Positions 27,306 through 31,495 of a stretch of 31,495 nucleotides of DNA are shown in pieces. The notes under the pieces are model-generated. The model searched no databases. It was not told the DNA's origin and saw only the letters and a list, made by a program, of their open reading frames with translations. Each line of letters begins with the position of its first letter. Positions within the stretch are counted from its first letter, which is position 1. The stretch is from a virus (lineage: Duplodnaviria; Caudoviricetes), in IMG/VR virus record IMGVR_UViG_3300033076_001217, positions 1 to 31,495 of that record, one strand, 5' to 3'. Both the position numbers and the translations under genes were made by a program.

Positions 27306-29543
27306 ATGGCAGAAAAAATAGTATCACCAGGTGTTTTCACTAGAGAAAATGACCTTTCGTTCTTACAACAAGGTGTAGCAGAAATCGGAGCGGCTTTCAT
27401 CGGCCCATTCAAAGAAGGACCGGTTGTACCTACTATTGTAAACTCACAAGCAGAATTTGAAACTCTTTTTGGAAATGTAGATGATACATACTACACTCCA
27501 TTAGCAGTACAAGCATATTTAAGAGAAGCAGGAACTGCTACAATTGCAAGAATTGCAGGTGTTGGTGGTTATGTTGAAACAGCTCCTTTGTTGTTAACAG
27601 CAACTTCAGGTTCAGTATCAGCATCATTGGGTATCTTATTTAATAGTGTATCAGCTTCAAATGGTGGATTCGCTCTAACAACAGTAACTTCAGGTTCATC
27701 CGGAGAATTCTTATTATCAGGTTCAAACGCAGGTTTATTATCAGCATCTTTAGATTCTACTGATACAAACGATATCGAAGCAGTGTTTGGTACATCTCCA
27801 TTTGGTTCTAAAAAACCTTATGTGTATGGATTCTTCAAAAATAGTTCAGTTGGATTTACTTCGGCAACTTCAGCATCAGTAACTGTGTTAGGAAATCAAT
27901 CATTCGCATTTGATGCACAAGAGGCATTAACTCCAATGATTCAATCACAAACTATTAGTGGTGAAAGATTTGATTTATTCCAATTTGAAACATTAGGTGT
28001 TGGTAACGCATCAAATACTAAAGTAAAAATTGGTATTACAAATATTAAAGCAGCAGGTAGTGTAAATGGTACTGATTATGGTACATTCACTGTTGTTGTA
28101 AGAGATTTTGCTGATACAAATAAAAAGAAAATTGTATTAGAAACATTCTCTAATGTAAACTTAGACCCTAACTCTCCTAACTACATCGCAAGAGTAATCG
28201 GAGATAGAAAATTATCAATTGATTCAACTGGTAAAATTTCTGAAACAGGTGATTGGGTTAACAACTCAAAATATGTAAGAATTGCAAATTTGAACGAAGG
28301 TGTACCTGTACAATCAGTTCCTTTCGCTCATGCAGCTTACACATTACCTATTTCAGCATCTTCTGCAATTGGTTCATTAGTACCAGCAGTAACATTCGTA
28401 ACATCATCAGCAACACAATATGGTGGTATCGATTTAGATGGTAATACTGATAACCATATCTACGCTAAACCAATTCCAACAGGAGCAGGTGTAGGTTCAA
28501 ATTCAGTATTTGGATTAGATAGTGCATCAACAAATGGTGTAGCATTAGCAGTAGGTTCAACATTAGCACAATTTGTAGTAGCATTCCAAGAAGGATTTGA
28601 TGGTATGAACCCAGCAACTCCAATCTACAAAGGTTCTGATATAAGTGCAACTAATTCACAAGGTTTCAACTTAGCAACTTCAACAGCAAGCGGTTCAGTT
28701 GCATATAGTAGAGCAATTGCGGCATTATCAAACGCTGATGAATTTGATATCAATATGGTAGTTGCTCCAGGTGTTATCAGAAGATTACACACTTCAACTG
28801 CAACTGAAATATTAGATATGGTTGAACAAAGAAATGATTGTTTCTACATTATGGATACAAACGCATTCGGAGATTCAATCGCTCAAGCAAACACACAAGC
28901 ACAATCAGTAGATTCAAATATGACAGCAACTTACTATCCTTGGGTTAAGACAGTTGATGTTAATACAAATAAATTAATCGCAGTACCACCATCAGTATTA
29001 TTACCTGGAGTATTTGCGGCTAACGATAGAGTTGCGGCTGAATGGTTCGCACCAGCAGGTTTGAATAGAGGTGGTTTATTAGGAGCAGTAAGTGTTCAAA
29101 ATAGATTAACTCAATCAGAGAAAGATTCTTTATACGAAAACAAAGTAAACCCAATCGTACAATTCCCAGGACAAGGTATTGTAGTATTCGGACAAAAAAC
29201 ATTACAAGATAAGCCATCTGCATTAGATAGAATTAATGTAAGAAGATTATTATTGACTGTTAGAAAGTATATCGCTTCTACTTCTCGTTACTTAGTGTTC
29301 GAACAAAACACAGCAACTACAAGAAATAGATTCTTAAACATCGTTAATCCTTATTTAGAATCAATCCAACAAAGACAAGGTTTGTACGCATTCAGAGTTG
29401 TAATGGATGATTCAAATAATACTCCTGATGTAATTGATAGAAACATTATGAAAGGTTCTATCTACTTACAACCAACTAAGACAGCTGAATTCATTCAAAT
29501 TGATTTCAACATCTTACCAACTGGAGCAGCTTTTAACGGATAA
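27306..29543 (+). CDS. Contractile tail sheath protein (T4 gp18-like)
   Basis: SPGVFTRENDLS, YYPWV, VPPS, WFAPAGLNRG, LYENKVNPI, VFGQKTL, SALDRINVRRLL, FEQN and PTKTAEFI motifs. Confidence 0.96.
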   Translation: MAEKIVSPGVFTRENDLSFLQQGVAEIGAAFIGPFKEGPVVPTIVNSQAEFETLFGNVDDTYYTPLAVQAYLREAGTATIARIAGVGGYVETAPLLLTATSGSVSASLGILFNSVSASNGGFALTTVTSGSSGEFLLSGSNAGLLSASLDSTDTNDIEAVFGTSPFGSKKPYVYGFFKNSSVGFTSATSASVTVLGNQSFAFDAQEALTPMIQSQTISGERFDLFQFETLGVGNASNTKVKIGITNIKAAGSVNGTDYGTFTVVVRDFADTNKKKIVLETFSNVNLDPNSPNYIARVIGDRKLSIDSTGKISETGDWVNNSKYVRIANLNEGVPVQSVPFAHAAYTLPISASSAIGSLVPAVTFVTSSATQYGGIDLDGNTDNHIYAKPIPTGAGVGSNSVFGLDSASTNGVALAVGSTLAQFVVAFQEGFDGMNPATPIYKGSDISATNSQGFNLATSTASGSVAYSRAIAALSNADEFDINMVVAPGVIRRLHTSTATEILDMVEQRNDCFYIMDTNAFGDSIAQANTQAQSVDSNMTATYYPWVKTVDVNTNKLIAVPPSVLLPGVFAANDRVAAEWFAPAGLNRGGLLGAVSVQNRLTQSEKDSLYENKVNPIVQFPGQGIVVFGQKTLQDKPSALDRINVRRLLLTVRKYIASTSRYLVFEQNTATTRNRFLNIVNPYLESIQQRQGLYAFRVVMDDSNNTPDVIDRNIMKGSIYLQPTKTAEFIQIDFNILPTGAAFNG

Positions 29544-29555
29544 TTTAGAAATTAG

Positions 29556-29564
29556 ATATTTATA
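29556..29564 (+). promoter_or_regulatory. Putative late promoter motif ATATTTATA
   Basis: 26 nt upstream of the tube ATG 29591. Confidence 0.62.
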
Positions 29565-29590
29565 ATAGAAACAATTAAATAGACAAAAAG

Positions 29591-30079
29591 ATGCCAGAAG
29601 TATTAGAGTTTGACAAAATGTTTTATACGAACTTCGAACCAAAGTTGGGAAACCGCTTTATTATGGAAATCGATGGTATAGAATCATATATAGTAAAAAC
29701 AGCGAGTAGACCAACTTTCACTTCAGAGATAGTTGAGTTAGACCATATAAATGTAAAAAGAAAGATTAAGGGAAAATCTACTTGGGATGATGTTAATATC
29801 ACTCTTTATGACCCAATCGTTCCATCTGGAGCACAGCAAGTAATGGAGTGGATTCGTCAATCACATGAATCAATCACAGGTAGAGATGGATATGCAGCTT
29901 TCTATAAGAAGGATATCACATTTTACTTATTAGGACCAGTAGGTGATAAGGTAGAACAATGGACTTTAAAAGGAGCATTCATTTCTTCAGCAAACTTTGG
30001 TGAATTAGATTGGGCTTCAAATGACCCATTATCAATAGAATTAACTCTAACTTATGATTACGCAATCCTTGAGTACTAA
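29591..30079 (+). CDS. Tail tube protein (T4 gp19-like)
   Basis: 162 aa directly after the sheath. NRF, GKSTWDDVNITLYD, VMEW, WTLKGAF...GELDW and LTLTYDY motifs. Confidence 0.92.
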   Translation: MPEVLEFDKMFYTNFEPKLGNRFIMEIDGIESYIVKTASRPTFTSEIVELDHINVKRKIKGKSTWDDVNITLYDPIVPSGAQQVMEWIRQSHESITGRDGYAAFYKKDITFYLLGPVGDKVEQWTLKGAFISSANFGELDWASNDPLSIELTLTYDYAILEY

Positions 30080-30106
30080 TCTCTAATTGTAAACTTTAAA
30101 ATAAGT

Positions 30107-30140
30107 AAAAGAGGGTGTAGAAATACATCCTCTTTTTTTT
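30107..30140 (+). terminator. Rho-independent terminator
   Basis: AAAAGAGGGTGTA-GAAA-TACATCCTCTTTT (GNRA loop) with a T8 run, just after the tube gene. Confidence 0.88.
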
Positions 30141-30147
30141 ATGTCTT

Positions 30148-30166
30148 ATTTAGAACCATTCTAAAT
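30148..30166. promoter_or_regulatory. Dyad ATTTAGAA-CCA-TTCTAAAT, possible operator
   Basis: Perfect 8-3-8 inverted repeat 23 nt upstream of the putative -33 element. Confidence 0.45.
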
Positions 30167-30189
30167 TTAAAAAATATTTTATAAAAGAC

Positions 30190-30220
30190 TTGACTTTTAA
30201 TGTAAAATGTATTACCTTTA
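30190..30220 (+). promoter_or_regulatory. Bacteroidota-type host sigma promoter (TTG-N20-TACCTTTA)
   Basis: Matches -33 TTG / -7 TAnnTTTG with a 19-21 nt spacer, except for the last base. Confidence 0.55.
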
Positions 30221-30257
30221 CTATGTAATAAGAGTTAAAGATAAAACAAATAAAAAT

Positions 30258-30455
30258 ATGGAACTAATTGATGTGCGTGGTATGAGTGTTAATGAGTATT
30301 GTAATTTCATAGAGAGTAGAGCTCTCCATTTGGGAATTAGTGCGTGGGAGTTGAATATTCAGATGTGGGAGAAGGATTTGATTAGTATGGTGAAGTACGA
30401 CCTGGCAAAGGCAGAGTTGTTTCAACGCCAGTTGGATATGGAGTATGATTATTAA
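30258..30455 (+). CDS. Small hypothetical protein (65 aa)
   Basis: Start moved from 30207, which lies inside the putative promoter, to ATG 30258 behind an A-rich leader (MELIDVRGMSVNEYCNF...). Confidence 0.6.
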   Translation: MELIDVRGMSVNEYCNFIESRALHLGISAWELNIQMWEKDLISMVKYDLAKAELFQRQLDMEYDY

Positions 30456-30473
30456 ACCTTAAAATTTAAAATT

Positions 30474-30800
30474 ATGTTATACGAATCTTATGATGTTGAA
30501 GTTCTTGCTGACCGTTTAGAGATGGAAGCAGAAGTTATTAAAGAGATGAATGAACTATCTTCGTTTGAGTTTACATTTAAGAAAACCGATGAATATCGTT
30601 CAGCAAAGGTGAGTGGTTATATTGAGGCATATAAAAATGTTCGTATCGAAGTTATTACTTCCGAAGGTTGGCATATTGATTTCCCTGCACATAGTGAGGA
30701 GGAATACTTTGAATATTTGAATAATGCACATAAAAATGGTGATAAAATCATCAAAGTATATGCTAATTTGGACTATTACGAATTTAAAGATTGGTATTAA
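30474..30800 (+). CDS. Hypothetical acidic protein (108 aa)
   Basis: Clean ORF with an A/T-rich leader, followed by a terminator. Confidence 0.65.
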   Translation: MLYESYDVEVLADRLEMEAEVIKEMNELSSFEFTFKKTDEYRSAKVSGYIEAYKNVRIEVITSEGWHIDFPAHSEEEYFEYLNNAHKNGDKIIKVYANLDYYEFKDWY

Positions 30801-30821
30801 ATTTTTCATAATGTTAATTGT

Positions 30822-30854
30822 AAAGTGGTGGGGAATATTCCTCACCACTTTTTT
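30822..30854 (+). terminator. Rho-independent terminator
   Basis: AAAGTGGTGGGGA-ATAT-TCCTCACCACTTT followed by further Ts. Confidence 0.82.
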
Positions 30855-30863
30855 GTTTTATAT

Positions 30864-30872
30864 ATACTTATA
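30864..30872 (+). promoter_or_regulatory. Putative late promoter motif ATACTTATA
   Basis: 21 nt upstream of ATG 30894. Confidence 0.6.
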
Positions 30873-30893
30873 TACAAACACAAAGTTATTATT

Positions 30894-31495
30894 ATGGAAG
30901 AAAAATTAGAACAACAAGTTACAAGAGGATTGGGTCAACAACATACACAAAAAAATTACCCATTCCCAACAGAGGTTATCTCATTACCATCAAAAGGTTT
31001 ATGTTATCCTGAAAATCACCCACTTGCTAAAGGAGAAATCACAATTAAATTGATGACTGCTAAAGAAGAGGATATTCTTACATCTACAAATTTGATTAAA
31101 AAAGGAATACATTTAGATAAATTATTGGAATCAGTTGTAGTTGAAGCGGGAGTTAATGTAAATGATTTGTTAGTTGGTGATAAGAATGCGATTTTAATTA
31201 CATCCAGAGTTTTAGCATTTGGTCCTGATTATGCGGTTACAATTAACGACCCGGTTGAAAATGAACCTGTTGAATATACAGTTGATTTATCTAAGATAAA
31301 AATCAAAGAAGTAGATGAATCTATTTTGAATAGAAAAAATGAATACGATTTCACTTTACCTGTTTCAAAAACTCAAATCAAATTTAAATTACTTACTCAT
31401 GGTGATGAATTAGCTATTAACAAAGATATTGAAGCTAGTGAAAAAACATTAAAGCAAGCTAATGAGATAACTACGAGATATAGAAGATTAATTAC
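30894..31495 (+). CDS. Baseplate hub assembly protein, T4 gp26-like (partial, runs off the window; not in the ORF track)
   Basis: MEEKLEQ...FPTEVISLPSKGLCYP...IKLMTAKEEDIL...DLLVGDKNAILITSRVLAFG...VDLS...FTLPVSK.QIKFKLLT. The LPS, MTAKEE and R...G motifs and the position after the tube gene fit gp26-like proteins. Confidence 0.78.
   Translation, partial: MEEKLEQQVTRGLGQQHTQKNYPFPTEVISLPSKGLCYPENHPLAKGEITIKLMTAKEEDILTSTNLIKKGIHLDKLLESVVVEAGVNVNDLLVGDKNAILITSRVLAFGPDYAVTINDPVENEPVEYTVDLSKIKIKEVDESILNRKNEYDFTLPVSKTQIKFKLLTHGDELAINKDIEASEKTLKQANEITTRYRRLI

Noticed and set aside
2571-29223. Minus-strand ORFs in the track (e.g. 9211-9594, 9832-10242, 21148-21576, 26802-27047)
   Set aside because: They lie antisense within strong + strand genes (one overhangs by a few bases) and show no recognisable motifs. 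They are shadows of biased codon usage.
30600-30909. ORFs 30600-30848 (-) and 30724-30909 (+)
   Set aside because: They overlap the 108-aa gene, the terminator and the promoter motif, and are better explained by those features.
1-31495. Stop-codon recoding as in some large phages
   Set aside because: Genes are long and intact under the standard code. Stops are TAA plus one TGA in an ATGA overlap. TAG is not used as a stop here, so it cannot be tested, but nothing requires read-through.
27306-31495. Bacterial contractile injection system or tailocin instead of a phage
   Set aside because: The T4-like sheath-tube-gp26 order, phage-type fibre chaperones, a dedicated promoter motif and the absence of host genes fit a large phage better. 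No capsid gene is in the window to prove it.

Overview
AT-rich segment of a large contractile-tailed (myovirus-type) dsDNA phage. All credible genes lie on the + strand. About 26 kb is a tandem array of seven large tail-fibre/receptor-binding-like genes (763-1524 aa) with small partner or chaperone genes. Six of the seven share a conserved ~170-210-aa adapter module followed by unrelated distal halves. A 2OG-Fe(II) oxygenase and three glycosyltransferase-like genes sit in the middle of the array. After the array come the tail sheath, tail tube, a two-gene insert with its own host-type promoter, and a truncated T4 gp26-like baseplate gene. A 9-mer, ATA(T/C)TTAT(A/T), precedes 11 transcription units and is probably the phage late promoter. 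A Bacteroidota host is inferred from the promoter shape and the mostly A-rich leaders without a Shine-Dalgarno site. The most unusual signal is compositional. The proximal fibre parts and the outer sheath region are saturated with [S/T]-[G/A/S]-S and contain almost no Cys, whereas the distal fibre parts carry many Cys at positions where T/N/D/G is usual. With the embedded glycosyltransferases, which carry the putative late motif, this suggests a virion-surface modification system (hypothesis). GATC appears to be absent. All calls come from reading motifs by eye; no searches were run and all counts are hand counts.
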